64,000 nt of DNA. Origin: the human T2T-CHM13v2.0 reference genome, Homo sapiens. The stretch lies in assembly GCF_009914755.1 (NCBI RefSeq), contig NC_060927.1, one strand, 5' to 3'. The notes beneath the pieces were generated by a model. That model was not told where the DNA came from. It ran no database searches and worked only from the letters and a program-made list of their open reading frames with translations. Both the position numbers and the translations under genes were made by a program. Positions within the stretch are counted from its first letter, which is position 1. Each line of letters opens with the position of its first letter. Shown here in pieces: positions 1 through 14,817 of this stretch.

Positions 1-220
<220 letters not shown>

Positions 221-898
221 CTAAATCCTAACAGGTTTCTTAACAGGAAGCCAGAGAAGGGCTTTAAGCCTAAAACTTAAAAACTGAAATAGGGGTTAAA
301 CTGATAAAGGGAACCTGGAAGAAGTGCTGTCCTTTTCACCATCTGCTACATGGACGTCTAAGAAGGGCTCAACTGGGCATGAAGTGATGGGATGCCAGGA
401 ACCTGGCTTTCACCTGAGCTTGGGACCAAAGAAGTTAGAGATGGAGGTGGATGGTGCTTGCAGTCAGTGGAGAACAATGCCTTGCAGGAGTGGCCCTGTG
501 GCCTGTTGCCAAGGTCCCAAGGAATGGAATTGAGGGTGACCTCAGCTCTCATTGGTGATCATCCTGCATACACTGTACATGGGGATAGTCAGCCCTAGGG
601 TACATAGGCCCTGCTGGTAATGACTCCTGCCATTGGCCACTGGGCTGGGTGGTGAGAAGACCTTGCTCTTGGCAGCCTTGGGCTGCTGACATGGACATGG
701 AAGAGAAAATGCTCAAAGGTGGCACTCCTATGGTAAGATGCCTCCCTCCATGGAGAGGAAGCCCTCCACTGACCCTCAATGGACCTGCCCGAGTGTCCAG
801 TATTATGCAAATGAGACCAGTCTTGTCTATGAAAATAAACAATGGGAATAATCACAGGATGTGAGAAATGACTCCACAGTTTAAAAGAAGCAGCCCAT

Positions 899-1195
899 CT
901 GGGCACAGTGGCTCACTCCTATAATCCCAGCACTTTGAGAGGCTGAGGCAGGAGAATCACTTGAGCCCAGGAGTTTGAGCCCAGCCTGGGCAGTGTGGTG
1001 TAACCCCATCTCTACAAAAAATACAAAACTTAGCCGGGCATGATGGTGTGTACCTGTAGTCCCAGCTACTGGGGAGACCAAGGCGGGAGGATTGATTGAG
1101 TCCAGGTGGTCAGGGCTAGAGTGAGCAGTGATTGTGCCACTGTACTCCAGCCTGAGTGACAAAGTGAGACCCTGTTTCAAAAAAAAAAAAAGAAG
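899..1195 (+). mobile_element. Alu (AluJ-like)
   Basis: Dimeric Alu with A-tail; near-perfect TSD aagaag(c/a)agcccat on both sides. Confidence 0.93.
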
Positions 1196-3099
1196 AAGAA
1201 GCCCATACTAACTAAACTATTGCAACTCTGGCACATGGATTCGCAGGCTAATGAAACAGAATATGGCCTAGATATAGACTTAATGCATAAGAAAATGTAG
1301 TATATAATAAATGAGGTATTCTTGAAATTTTTTTTAAAAATGAATAGATAAATAAGAATTGTGTCAGAACAAGTGATTAGCTCCTGGAGGAGAAAAATAG
1401 AGCTGGATTCCCTATTTAACTCCTTGCACCAAAAAAAATTCTGGATGGATGAAATATTTACTGTTTAAATATTTAATAAGTGTATACACAGGAGGGTGTC
1501 TTAATATTTAATCTTGGTGTGAGGAAGACCTCTCTAAGCAATCTACCAACATCAGAACCCAAAACAGAAGGCCAGGGAGTGAGACTATCAGAAGATCATG
1601 TTTCCTTGAAAGGAAAGCTTACCGGGCTGTGCTCCAGAGTGATGGGCAGAAAGTAGGGAAGTAGCACTTAGGGATGGCACTAGACACTCTAACCATTTCC
1701 TACACACCCAAGACCCTCCTCTTCTTTGAAATCTACCCACACTCATTCTCCTCTAAAAAGGCCAGCCCATGTACCATGTGACCTGCCGCCACTAGCTGAC
1801 ACAGCTAATTGGACTGGAGGTGGACACCTGACCCAGGCTGAGTCAGTTTCTTCCCCAGGAATTCGGATATGGAACCCTGAGAATTTCTTTCCTCTAAAAA
1901 AGATCCATACATGACTCAGTATCAATCAGATTAGCTCTAAGGAGACAAGCTGTAAGGTAATGGAGGCTTGGGGGCCAGAGCGGGCTCCAAGACACCCATA
2001 AATGTGAGTGAGCAAGACCCAGGAAGCCGGTGTGAAGTGCACTGGAGTGCAGCAGAGAAAAGAGAGAACACCCTGTTCCAAGGCCTTGCCGAGAGCTCAC
2101 TGAGCCTCAGAGGGACAGCAAGACTGGAGAAGCCAAGCAGGTGACTGTCTTATTCTCAGGAAGATCTTTTCCTGGAGATTCCCCCCACGACCCTTCAATA
2201 AGCCCTCTTTCCACCTGAGTTGTTTGGGCTGTTCATCTTCCTGGCAAATCCCTGATTCCCGATGAAGATGCAGCTCATAAGGCATGGATCCATTGTCAAG
2301 AACAGTGTAATAAGCAGGAAGGAACAAAGCAGAGGTAAGAGGAACCCATCTGCGAGGGACGAGACCCAGCTGCTGTCTCTGTTCTGTTTGAGAGGGATGT
2401 GAGCCAGCCATGAAAGCACAACCTGGGAAAACAGAACCATGGAAAACAACACTCAGTCACTCAGAGATTATGGAAGGGAAGAAGTCTGTGTTGGGAAGCC
2501 TGGTAAAGGAAAAAACCCTCAGAAGCAGCAAATGTGGGACAAAATGTCCCATGGTGCTTCTGTTTATTTTCAAGGGAGTAGACAAAGCGGAGAAACAGAG
2601 TGATGTTCAGCCCTTCAACGATTTTTATGAGGGCTGAACGAGTCAAGCCAGGTAGCTTGAAAGTGGCTGCCTCGCAGGTACAAAGACCCAGAATCCTCTG
2701 ATTCCAGGAGGGAGAGCAGCTCCGCCGACTTTTCACAACCTTATATTGTTTCTCTGATTTTGATTTCTTCCTCCCTGAGGGGAAGTTTGAAGTGAGAAGC
2801 ACAATAAAAGGAATCACCCTCACGTTTGAAGCCTCCTCTCTCCCTACTTAATGATAGTGCTGAGCTGGAGCTACTGGGCAGAAGTTGAGCCTTTTATAAA
2901 AATAGAATCCAACTTCACTGATCTCAATTTGGAGAATGGAGGCTCTTCTTGAAAAACTGTTTTTGGTTTTGTTTCTTAACAAGTCCAAAAGTACAAATCA
3001 GCCTAGGGCCACAGCCAGAAAGTGAAGAGTTGAGCCTCAAAGAAATAAGGAAAATTGAAACTAAGAGACATCAACAGGTCATGGGCCACCGTCATTTCT

Positions 3100-3475
<376 letters not shown>

Positions 3476-3610
3476 TGAAAAGCAACTTTAATTCCTGCTG
3501 ATGATTGAGGTGAATGGGGGAGCAAGTGTCTTCCTTTTTACATACCTATCCAAGATATCAGACATGGCCTCGTCCTCCCCCTGGTATTAGAAGCATAGGC
3601 AGGAGAGCAC

Positions 3611-3641
<31 letters not shown>

Positions 3642-3645
3642 ATAT
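3611..3645. repeat. (TA)n microsatellite
   Basis: Direct reading; one interruption. Confidence 0.95.
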
Positions 3646-3810
3646 ACTCTTGAGGAATGAGCTCTTGAGATAAAGCCCATCCCTCTAATTCTATTTGTGG
3701 CTAAATAACATCCCTAGATAGTAATTATACAGTTTTTCCACCTTAAATTTCCCCTCTTTCTCTCATTTCAAGCTGGTTCTTAGGATACATGGCAAGAGAG
3801 AAAGAAGACG

Positions 3811-4233
3811 TGTATTAGTCCATTTGCATTGCTATGAAGGAATACCTGACACTGAATAATTTATAAAGAAAAGAGGTTTACTTTGACTCACAGTTCTGCA
3901 GGCTATCCAGAAAATGTTGTGTGGGCATCTTCTTCTGGTGAGGCCTCAGGAAGATTACAATAATGGCAGAAGGCAAGGGGAAACAGCATATCACATGGTG
4001 AGAGAGGGAGCAAGAAAGAGAGAAAAAAAAAAACAAAAGAAGCAAGAGAGAGAGGCAGCGGATTCTTTTCAGCAACCAGATCTCACATGAACTCATTACC
4101 AAGTGGAGAGCACCAAGCCATTCATGAGGGATCCACCCCATTACCCAAACACCTCCCATCAGGCCCCATCTCCAACACCAGTAATCACATTTCAACATGA
4201 GATTTGGAAGGGACAAACATCCAAACTATATCA
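3811..4233 (-). mobile_element. MaLR solo LTR (MST family)
   Basis: tgtattagtcc ... ccaaactatatca are the reverse-complement MST/THE1 LTR termini. Confidence 0.85.
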
Positions 4234-4288
4234 ATACATAAGCCATAGGATCACTGTGTTTGTTCCCAAAATCCACAACCAGAATTAG

Positions 4289-4614
<326 letters not shown>

Positions 4615-6571
4615 TCCTCAGCTGCAAAATTTAAGGAGCTACCAAAACACTCAGTAATCAAGATAAGTAATTTTTTCATGCAATAGTTTAGAAAAACAAA
4701 ATAGATACCAAAAGAAATCTGATTTTTGAGGCACAGACTTAAATGTAGCGGGTGAGGAGGATACCTGATCCACCTCACCTGATCCCAGCCCTGCCCAGAG
4801 TAGGATTTGGAGGTCTGTGGAGCATGTAGGAAGAGAGAAAGGGGTTTACAGACAGAAAAGAAGAAAAGGTTCTTCCGAAATCATACAAAGAGAGCCTTCC
4901 TAGCTCAAGGAAATTGAGAAAAAGAATTCTATAGGCTCTGGAAACCCCGGGAACCAAGTGGTGACACTGCAAGGGGTCAGGACGGCAAGGAGGAATCATC
5001 AGTGTGGCCATGGAAAGAGGGCCACGGGCAGTTGTACAGAGTATTCTTTGGCCCTAGAGTGACAAGGAAGCAGCAGGGAACCACTGGGCAGGGACGGTGA
5101 GTGAGTCAGTAGTAACCCCAGGGGAACTAGTGACTAAAGGATGCACCCCATGACTTAGCACTTCATAAGATGCAGGGACTGCAGTCCAATGTGAAGTGAC
5201 AGCTAAGATCACCGCCTGCTGGCCAGCAGGATGGAGGTACACACTGAAAACATAATTAGATTTACAGAAAATAAAATTAGGCAATAATTGTTGCATACCT
5301 GTGGCTTCAGACAAATTTTAACACCTGCTGTATCCAGATAGGGAAACCAAGGTCAATGGGCTAATTAAGCAGCTTGAATTAAGACTGCATGAATCTATAT
5401 TTGCTGGAAAAACATAAAAATTTAAACATGTCAGTTAAAAATGACATCCGAGGTTTAGGAAGAATTCCTATTTAAATCATACTTTCTGTTTCCAGAGTTA
5501 CCTCCGTGATGCTCATGCATAAATCTCTCACTGTCAAATGCCTGGGAGCCTTGGTGATGACTGACAGGAAATGAGAGCAATCTGAGAGCCATCTGTCTTC
5601 CCCTAACCTCACCTCCCACCAAAGTTCTTTTGGGAAGTTAGAGTTGAGAATGTATAGAGCATGCTTCTTTCTATCAGATCAGGAGAGAGCCCAAGATCTC
5701 ACAAGTGAAATTTACTTTCAGATCATGATGAAGTTATTGGCTTCCTGTTGACATAAATTACACAGGTACCACAATAGAAGACACATCATTTTCTCTTTGC
5801 TGAATGGCTTTTCTAATAGCAGCTGGATTTCTCAATGTAATTTTTCTTAAGGTCAAGTTTTCCTCTCTGAGTATATTCAGAGATATGAAACTTGTCAGAA
5901 CAAATCTAGATATATCTTTATGTTCTTTTATTATTTGATTCCAAGATTCTATCAGGAAGATAGACATGGAAAAAAAATAATATACCATTAACAACAAAAT
6001 AAATATCTGATGCTACTCTGTACAGTACCTGTGTAAACAGAAAGAATACAACCCAAGGGAAAGAGAGAAATTTCCACTATTTATCTCAACTACCATTGCT
6101 TTCTGGAAAATAACTACAGGGTTTTCACCACAATATATTTCCAGATTCTAGGATGTCGTCACTGTAAGATACACCCTAGGGTTAATACGGTCTTTCAAGG
6201 TGAAAAGGAAACAATATTAAGCATTCATCAACAGTAAAATGCACTCCAATTGAAGGAATTCTAAAATGTGAAAAAATATTCATTCAGTTAAGGAAAAACA
6301 GCAATGAAGATTCTATCTCAGAAACTCAGCCATTAGTATCTGCCATAGAGGAATGACCCTGGGGATTTTACATCGGGACTAATGGCAGGATGCTAAAACT
6401 TAGGATCAAGATACAGGAATGGAGAGACGTGAGTTTTCCAGGTTTCCTAGGCAGGGTGGCAAGGAGAGAAGATCCACAGCCTTTGATAATTATGAGTTCA
6501 GATCTCAGCTCTGCCAGTTATGACATGTGTGACTTAGAGCCTCAGTTCCCTCACTGATACATTGGGAATTG

Positions 6572-7120
6572 CTTCATGCATACAACAAATATTTATTGTG
6601 AGCCTACATTTTTCTAGGCATTGACAATACAAAAGGAACAAGACAGAGAAGATTCCTTCCTGTCCTCCTGAAGCTTACATTCTGAAAGGGGGTGGTGGGG
6701 AGCAAACAGGTAGACAAACAAAATAAACGAGATTATTTCAGAGGCTGAGGAGTGCACTGGAGGAAACGAAACAAGGGGATGGGACAGCATCTGAGGGAGG
6801 CCGCCTCTCAGGGGAGGCAGTATTTGTGCTGAGACCTCAAAGAGCTGGAGGAAAATCATTCTAGAGAAAGGAAATGATCAGTACAAAGGCCCCAAAAGGA
6901 GATGGCTGTGTTTGAGAAGCCACAGAAGCATCTGTGGGACTACAGCAGAGCTAGCATGTGGAGAGGGTTGGAGATGAAATCATTGAGGTAGGGAGAGCCA
7001 GGCCATTTTTCTCCTCTAGGCCACGGTGAGGAGGTAGCCTGAGTTCTAAAATGTAATGGAAAGCCATCTTAAGCTGAGGACGACATGATTAAATTTCTGT
7101 TTAAAATTCACTCTAATGAT
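6572..7120 (-). mobile_element. L2 LINE 3' fragment (further L2-like pieces at about 9420-9770 and 10550-10780)
   Basis: caacaaatatttattgtgagcctac...aagcttacattctg resembles the reverse-complement L2 3' end. Boundaries approximate. Confidence 0.65.
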
Positions 7121-7984
7121 GGTCATTCATGCAAGAGATGCTGGGGTGGGATAATAACACCTATACAATGAGGTTGTTTGAGGATTCTCTGAGAAAATGT
7201 CAAGGACCTGGCATATACTGGAAGCTTGCCTGGCTTGAAACAGGACAGAAGTGGCAGGGAGTTCATACACCAAGAGAAACTCTCAAAGAACAAAGGACAG
7301 TAGTTGGTGGATACAACTCCAGTTTTCTTGCCCAGTATGAGACAGTTCTGAAGTGTGTTCAAGAGCGCTCTCAGTGGACGTGAGCTCCAGTTGCCCACAG
7401 CGGCCCTCACACGTGAATGCACTCTTTCTTGGCCTTCCTCTCTTCCTGGACTCATTTCCCCATTTCTTCTCCACACTTCTTGGTTTTGCCTCCCAAATAA
7501 ACTATCCACCTATGTCCTTGTCTCAGGGTCTGCTTGGGAGAACCCCGTGTCCCCAGATTTCTCCAGGTAGGCTCAGCTTCCTCCCACTCTGGCCAGCAGC
7601 ATCCAGCACCACCTGGGTGAGCTGCTCTCCACTCCTCAGCACAGCTATAGAGCTGGACCCTCGTTACTCACACAGGCCCAGCCAGTCTTGCTCACACACT
7701 GGAACTCATTCTAATCCCTCTTTTGAATAAAGAAAACCAGAATTATTTCTGCAAACCCTCTGAGTTTGCTGGTACCCTGGATTACATGGCTAAAAGCTTC
7801 CTCAAAGCCAGCAGGGTGCACTCACTCAGAGAGCCCTGGACCCAGAGCCGATCTGTGCCCTGGTCCTCTGGGATCAGCCTCAGTCTGGGCAGCCAAGCAT
7901 TAGGCAGGTCCATTCCAGTCAAGAGGGGCTAGATGGTCCCCAAGCTCAGTGGCCTCCTGCTCATTCTCACTGGCTATGAGAAAG

Positions 7985-8350
7985 TCACAGGCTGGTTTCC
8001 CTGGGAAGCAGACACTGAAAGAGAGGCATGTGTGCAGGAAGTTTACTGGGGACTGTTCTGTGTCAGCACTTGCTGGGGAAGAAGGTATGAATAGCGTGGG
8101 ACTGAGCAGAAGAAGGAGCTAACTGTGGTCTAGTTGAAACCAAGGCCATGTCTGATCCCACATGGAGCTACAGCATGGCCCTGTGAGCTGTCCTGAGTTG
8201 AAGCAAGGGGACTGGACCTTTTTAACCCAGATCAACCTGTTATTGGATGTGAGCTTCCCTGGAGAAAGATATGACTGAGTGAGGAGACTCAATTCAGCCC
8301 AGGGCAGGATCAGAATAGTGGGTGCTTCAGGGATCAATAAGGCAACCAGA
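7985..8350 (-). mobile_element. Old ERVL-class LTR (LTR16/LTR33-like); related copies at about 7250-7545, 10970-11340, 49310-49785, 53385-53800 and 59670-60070
   Basis: Shared terminal motif of the type ggtttccctgggaagcagacactga...gcaggaagtttactgggg recurs in both orientations. Family name from recall. Confidence 0.5.
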
Positions 8351-9772
8351 GCCTCCACATCAGTGTCATGAGTTTTCAGGGGAAGAGAGAATCAGAAACT
8401 CCCGTGCCACCTGGAGCAGGTAAGAAACACAAAGCTGTTGCCTTATGATTGCCCAACTCAAGAGGCACTGGAGCCAAGCCCTAGAAAGAACACAAGTCAC
8501 TTGACAGTCACCCCTGGGGCTTCTCCACTGGAAGTGTCCCCCTTGGAAGGACCAACCATGACTCCTAAGCCACCTCCACATTCACCATCAACTCCCAACA
8601 AATCTGTAGGTGATTGGGTTGCATGTGATGCCCCTGGCCCCACAGTACTGGCCACTGGTTTCAAACACAGCCTTCCAGGTCTCATGAAGTGGAAGGACTG
8701 GGGCTGGAGTTAAAGGAGCCTCTAGAAAAAGTACCTCTGTTGCAGAAAGGAGTCTTTTTAGTATTGCTTATCCATGGGTATTTGGGATCTGGCCTTGCAG
8801 GATCAGACACAGAGCAGAGGCCGGGAACTGAAGGGATGGTGCCACTCTGCACTGCAGGGCTTATCTGGCAGCTGGCATTTTTTGTAAACCAAGTGATGAC
8901 AGGCAAGTCAGGTTATTTCTCTGAGCCTCAGTCTCCCCATCTGTAAAGCAGGGCTGAGAATCATAGCCAGTGGTGCCATTGTTCTGGGTGGAAATGAGAT
9001 ACACACTGGAATTCACTCCAAGAGCTATATATTAAGTGCTACACAATTGTCAAAGTTTTGAACACAGCTTTGTTGTAATAACAACACAGCTTCTGTGTTA
9101 TTTCTCAATTATGTTCAAATATTATCATTTGAGTAATAAAAAGCAAAACCATGTGGTAAACCATGAGAGAAAAGAAGCTTTCATCACTCTTTATGGGAGG
9201 ATAAATTAAAAAATCAAGTTGGCAATATCTGATCAAGTTGGAGATTTTCTATCTAAGAAAAGAAATTCTCCTACACATGTGCAAAGGATGCATATAGGAT
9301 GGATGGTAAATACAGCATGTTTGTAAGAATAAATAATTACTGAGAAACAGCCTAAACGTCCAATGGAAGAGAAACTAAGAAAGTTTAGTGGACAGATCCA
9401 AGCAACACTGAGGAAGTAAATCAATGGGGAGGGACTGATTCAGGAGTCAGAGAGTGAGGTATCAAGGGTGATGCCTGTGTTTTGAACTTGCTGAACAACA
9501 CCATTCCCTGAGATAGGGAGAAATAGAGGAAGGACAGGTTTGGAGGTGATAATTGTGCATTCTGCTGTAGAGGAACCTCTGATGGCTGTGCAGGGATATG
9601 TTCTGTAGGCAGTTGGAAAGGTGGGCCTAGAACTTAGAGAAGCCTTGGATGGAAACATAACTGGGGGCAGGGAAGGAGAAGCTCATCTGCAAATAGACAG
9701 TGAGTGTAAATGAAGTTGCCAGGTGAAATAGAGTGAAAATAGAGTCTAGGACTGAACTTTGAGGACCTGCAA

Positions 9773-10545
9773 CTATATTTTTAACAACTTTATTGAGGTA
9801 TAATTGACACACAATAAACTGCACATAACAAAAGTGTACAATTTGGTAAGTTTTGACATATATACCCCCATAAATCCATTATTACATTCAAGAAAATGAA
9901 CACGTCCCTCTTCCCCAAAGTTACCAAGTGTTCCCTTGCAATCCTTCTGTCCCTCCTCTCCCCATTTCCATCTCCAGCAAACCCCCTGATCACTTTCTGT
10001 CACTATAGATTCACTTGTATTTTCTGGAATAGTATGTAAATGAAATAATCAAAATGTAGTCTTTTTTTTCTTCTTTCATTCAGCCTAATTCTTTGGCAGT
10101 CCATCCATGTTGTTCGTGTATGAATAGTTCATCCCTTTTTTGTGGCTGTTATTCATTGTGTGGATATACAATCTGTTTATCCATGCACCAAATCATGCCC
10201 ATTCAAGATGTTTCCACTTTGGGGCTACTACAAATAAAGCACCTATAAATATTGTGAAGTCTTCATAGGACATATGCTTGAATTTCTGCTGGGTAAACAT
10301 CTAGAAGTGGAATATCATATGGTAGGTACATGTTTAACTTTTAAAGGAACTACCAAACCATTCTCCAAAGGAGAAGTCCCATTTTATACTCCCAGCAGCA
10401 ATGTACGGGAAGTTCCAGTCACTCTGCATCCTCGCTAGTAGTTGGTAAGGTCAGTCTTCTCATTTTAGCCATTTAATTTTAGCTATTCTAATGGGTGTAT
10501 AGTGATATTTCATTGTGATTTTAATTTGCATTTCCCTAGCCACTA
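9773..10545 (-). mobile_element. Old L1 (L1MB/ME-like) 3' end
   Basis: aactttattgaggtataattgacacacaataaactgcac... and ...ttttaatttgcatttccct are typical reverse L1M 3' sequences. Confidence 0.8.
9789..9794 (-). terminator. Distal poly(A) signal AATAAA inside an L1 3' end
   Basis: Minus strand reads tatacctcAATAAAgttgttaaaaat, the terminus of an old L1M element in the same orientation as the gene. Confidence 0.55.
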
Positions 10546-12288
10546 AGGATGGAACTACAGCTTTTAGCAACTGGAAGAAGACTGAATCTATACAAGAGAT
10601 CCAAAGGTATAGGAGAAAAAAAAACCAGAAAAATGTGACATCATGGTAGTCAACAGGAGAAATTATTCAAAGAGAAAGTGGTCAATAGGGTCAAGTGATG
10701 CTAATTTGAGGATTGAAAATTCTCTTTTGGATTTAGTGAAATGAAGGTTACTGGTGTCTTTATCAAAATATGTTCTAGTAGCAACTGAATCCAGCTTCCA
10801 GCCTCTTTCACGTGTTCAGAATGAGTCCCATTACACTGCCTGCTGGGCAGCACCCACTCCTCAGGGGTCTGAGTCCCTGCTCCACAGGGCCCCTTCTCCA
10901 AGCTTCTGAGGTTAAAGCACCAGCTGGTACTTCTTTGATGTGGTTTCAAGTTTCTAGGGGGTGTCAACGGTTTGGTTTCCCGAGAAGCCAACTCTAAAAT
11001 CCAGATTAGCATCCAAAAGGCTTATTAGGGAGTGGTCTCAGGATCATTACCTCTGGAAGGGAAAGGAAAGAAGCAGGATTGGGCAAGGGAGAAAGTGGGC
11101 TATGATGCAGTCTCAACCAACAGTTCAGCCAACCCCCATGGGCAGGTCCGTAGTTGGATGGCCCTTCAGTATTGTCCCTGTTTGGGACAAAGGAGCTGAG
11201 CCACCATACCCTACAGGGACTAGTCATTTGATATAGCCTGCTTCAGGAGGGAGCTGAAAGGTGTCTCTTCCAGTGGAGGGTAATTCCTGTAGAGGGCTGA
11301 AAGCTGAGAGCCATCATCCAGCAGCACCCCAAGGAGCTTATTCCCTTCAGTCTTGGAGGACCTGAGTGGCATACTACAGTGTCCACTACAAGAAATTTCT
11401 CCTTCAATAGGTTCTAATAACCCCAACTTCTTCCCTTGGTTCTCCAAAGAACAGGAGCCACTTCCTGCAGTTACTATCTCTAAATTATACCAGAGCCTCC
11501 TTTGTGCTTCTTCCATTTTCCAAAACCTGATTAAGCAATTCCTTATGTTGAATTCTCTAGTACTGTTCCGGTTTTCCTAACTAACACACGCCTCCGCCCA
11601 GATGGCTCCAAAACTGTTAGGGAAGGTAGACGTGAAAAAGCCACACTCTTGACTAGATTTTGTGGCCTACTAACCAGGTCATTCATAATCTAGGAAGGTC
11701 AATTTGGGAAATATTAGGATATGTCTTGCTGTCAGCTCACACAGACTCCCAGAATCATCTGCAAAGACCAATATTTCAGCACAGAAATCTGGAATGTGTC
11801 CTGGGTGTATGCCCTGCAGGTAGGATTGTGCTTGAACTCTGAGCTCCTTGGAGCCCCAGTGTAATCCATTTACTGCATTTCTGACATATGAATGTACTAA
11901 ATGGCTCCCTCGTGATCTGAAAATGTTAACACGGTCACAGCCTGAGCGCCTGACTTCACATAGAAATGACTCAGGCTCAGGGATAATTGGGGCTGAAAAG
12001 CAGTATAACGGTATTGCAGGAGCAAGAATGATTCAATGGTTTGTTTTTTTTCTTTCCATGTCTCAGACTGCACCAAAACTGATTTTTGGTAAGACTGAAA
12101 TGCAAGAGACCAAGATTAGTGCATCCTAAATAAACAGGTCTTGTCAACTAATCAAGTGTCCTTCACATCTATATGTAGTCATATCAGCTTCAGGAGATAT
12201 GCCTGAACTATAATTCATTCCCTGGCTGTCATCACCAGCACAAAGAAGTAATCAGAATACAGGCCCACTTCTGTTATTCAGAGCACAT

Positions 12289-12294
12289 TTTATT
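12289..12294 (-). terminator. Proximal poly(A) signal AATAAA
   Basis: tttatt on + strand, about 380 nt after the stop, followed on the minus strand by a U/GU-rich tract (ttctttgtgctggtg). Confidence 0.55.
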
Positions 12295-12672
12295 AACACA
12301 GAAAGACCACAATGCACCTTATTAATCTCACAGGGGGAGTTTAGACCCTGGTAAGCACCACTCCTGTAGTACAGAATAAACTTGGTTACAAAGGGGAAGC
12401 AAAACACATCATTATTACCAAAATTCCTCACTGATGACAATGCTTACCCCCCAAAAATGTATTAAAGGCTTTAAATATACAAATCTAAAAATATGTTGTG
12501 ACATTTAACATTGACTTAATTTTTTTAATATGCTTTAAAATATACTCAGTGTCTCTCCCTCTGATTCACCAATTATGTGAAGAAGCCTCTTTCATTGTTT
12601 TTCTCTCAAACTTCTATCCTTTTCTCTGTCCTTGAGCAGAACTGGGGGCTGGACAGATTCCCAAGGTGGTGA

Positions 12673-12866
12673 CTATGATACCTGCTCCACAACCCTCTTG
12701 TGCTGGCTCCGGAAGTGACCCTCGCTGCTGGGGGACACCTGCTTCTGTCGTTTCACTGTATTGGTCTTGCCAGCTGTTTCGATCCAGGGGTGCTGAAGAA
12801 CCTGATGAGCTGTGTAGCGCTTTTTGGGGTCTACCACCAGCAACCGGCTCACCAGATCTTTAGCAG
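12673..12866 (-). CDS. DCLK3: DCLK3 coding exon 5 (AAKDLVSRLLVVDPKKRYTAHQVLQHPW...VEQVS*)
   Basis: Pyrimidine tract plus ccaacAG|CT acceptor. Subdomain XI. TAG at 12675-12673. Total spliced CDS 2454 nt = 817 aa. Confidence 0.97.
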
Positions 12867-13000
12867 CTGTTGGAATGAGAGAAGGGGAAAATGTGATGAA
12901 TGCAGGTGGTTCTGAATTTTTCTTCCCCACACATGAAATAAGAACATAAACATTCACGTCAGCACCACGGCTGGCTGAAAGCCTCCTTCATATTCTAGAG

Positions 13001-13192
13001 CAGCACAGTCCAATAGAAGACAGGAACATTCTCTATCTGCACTATCTACCTGCGATTATTGAGCATTTGAAATCTGGCGTGTGAAACTGAGGAAGTGAAT
13101 ATTTATATGATTTACTTTGAGTTAATTTACATTTGCATTTAAATAGCCACGTGTGGCAGCAGGGAGGGGGGTTACCATGTTGGACAGCACAG
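13001..13192 (+). mobile_element. MER3-like hAT-Charlie MITE (related copies at about 19211-19415 and 27916-28098)
   Basis: TIR-like cagcacagtccaatagaa ... ttggacagcacag; internal tttaaatagccacgtgtggc. Confidence 0.75.
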
Positions 13193-14465
13193 CTCGAGAG
13201 GACGTTCCTTCATTTCTCTGGAATCGCAGGGCCAGACCCACTCTTAACATCCCTGGCACTCAGGGCAAAGGAACAAATGGAGAACACATGCTATACATCT
13301 ACATACTTTAAGGTTTCAAATCGAAACTAACACATTGTTAAATAAAATATGTTCAATCTTTCCAAGTCAATACATATGCCTTCACATTGACAAAACTGAA
13401 AACCGTGTAAAGAAATCTAAAAAGTAAATAGTGCAAATTCAAAAATAATTTTATTTTCTGCCCAAGACCATGACTGATTTTAGAGAAATGAGGGCCCAAC
13501 TGGTGGGCCCAGCAGCAGGCAGAAAGCAGAAGAGATTTCCCCCTGGCTTGCTGGCTCTCCCAGCCTGGCTCATTGAGACTGCTCTTCCAATCACTCAAGA
13601 TATGCACAAGAAGAAAACATCCACTTTTTGTTGTTGTTATTTTTTGCCTTTATTGAAGGCTGTCTCTTACTCAAGACCAGCTGCTTACCCACCAATCACC
13701 GCTCCCCTCCCCCGATGTCCAGCCACCTCCTGAGCACAGAAGGCCCAGATTCCTCCTACACCACCCAATTCAAGCTGGGAAAATTCTGCCCCAAAAAGCC
13801 CCAGCCCCACCACTGCCACATCACTCCCTCAGGGTCCTCAAATGACTCAGAGGCTGGAAGGCCAGATTTAAGTTGAGAATCCTCAGACTCTTGTGTACAA
13901 GTGTGGACAACCAGACACCCCAGCCAACATGTCCAAGCTCTGTCTAACCCCTCCAGATGGCCACTCCTTGGCCACTTTATGGCATAGTGGGAAGAGGCTG
14001 GAAAGAGGTCTCACAAACCTTGGATGTGGGCTTGGGCCATTTGGACAGGGAATTCAGGGGCCCTAAGGAAGTGATCTAGAAGAGGGGACCTGGGCTCTGG
14101 GGGCACATCCCCTAGGCCCCATACTCTCCTCACTCTGTAGAGAAGGGTGTGACTACAGCAGGGCCCAGGACAGGGGCCACCCATGCCCAAATCTAAGGAG
14201 TGCTGCATAGAACTTTCTAAAATGATTTTTAGTCCCTCAATTCCCAGTTGCCACTGCCTTGTCAGCTCAAGATCCTCATCTACTGTGACAAGCCACCCTC
14301 TCCCTACCTTATTTAAAGGGGGGAAAATGAAGATTTTCCCTTCCCTCATCCTCCAATCCCAGTGAGGAAATAGAGGCTAGGGATGGAGGCAGTTCAATAA
14401 CTAAAATTCAATAGCATGTTTAGGGAAAATTGAAAAACAAAATGTTATCACTCCTATTCTACTTT

Positions 14466-14817
<352 letters not shown>

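Larger units (their letters stand above)
9770..12672 (-). other. DCLK3: Probable DCLK3 3' UTR (long form; short form ends near 12270)
   Basis: Follows the stop codon. Minus-strand AATAAA at 12294-12289 and 9794-9789. The distal end is inferred. Confidence 0.6.
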
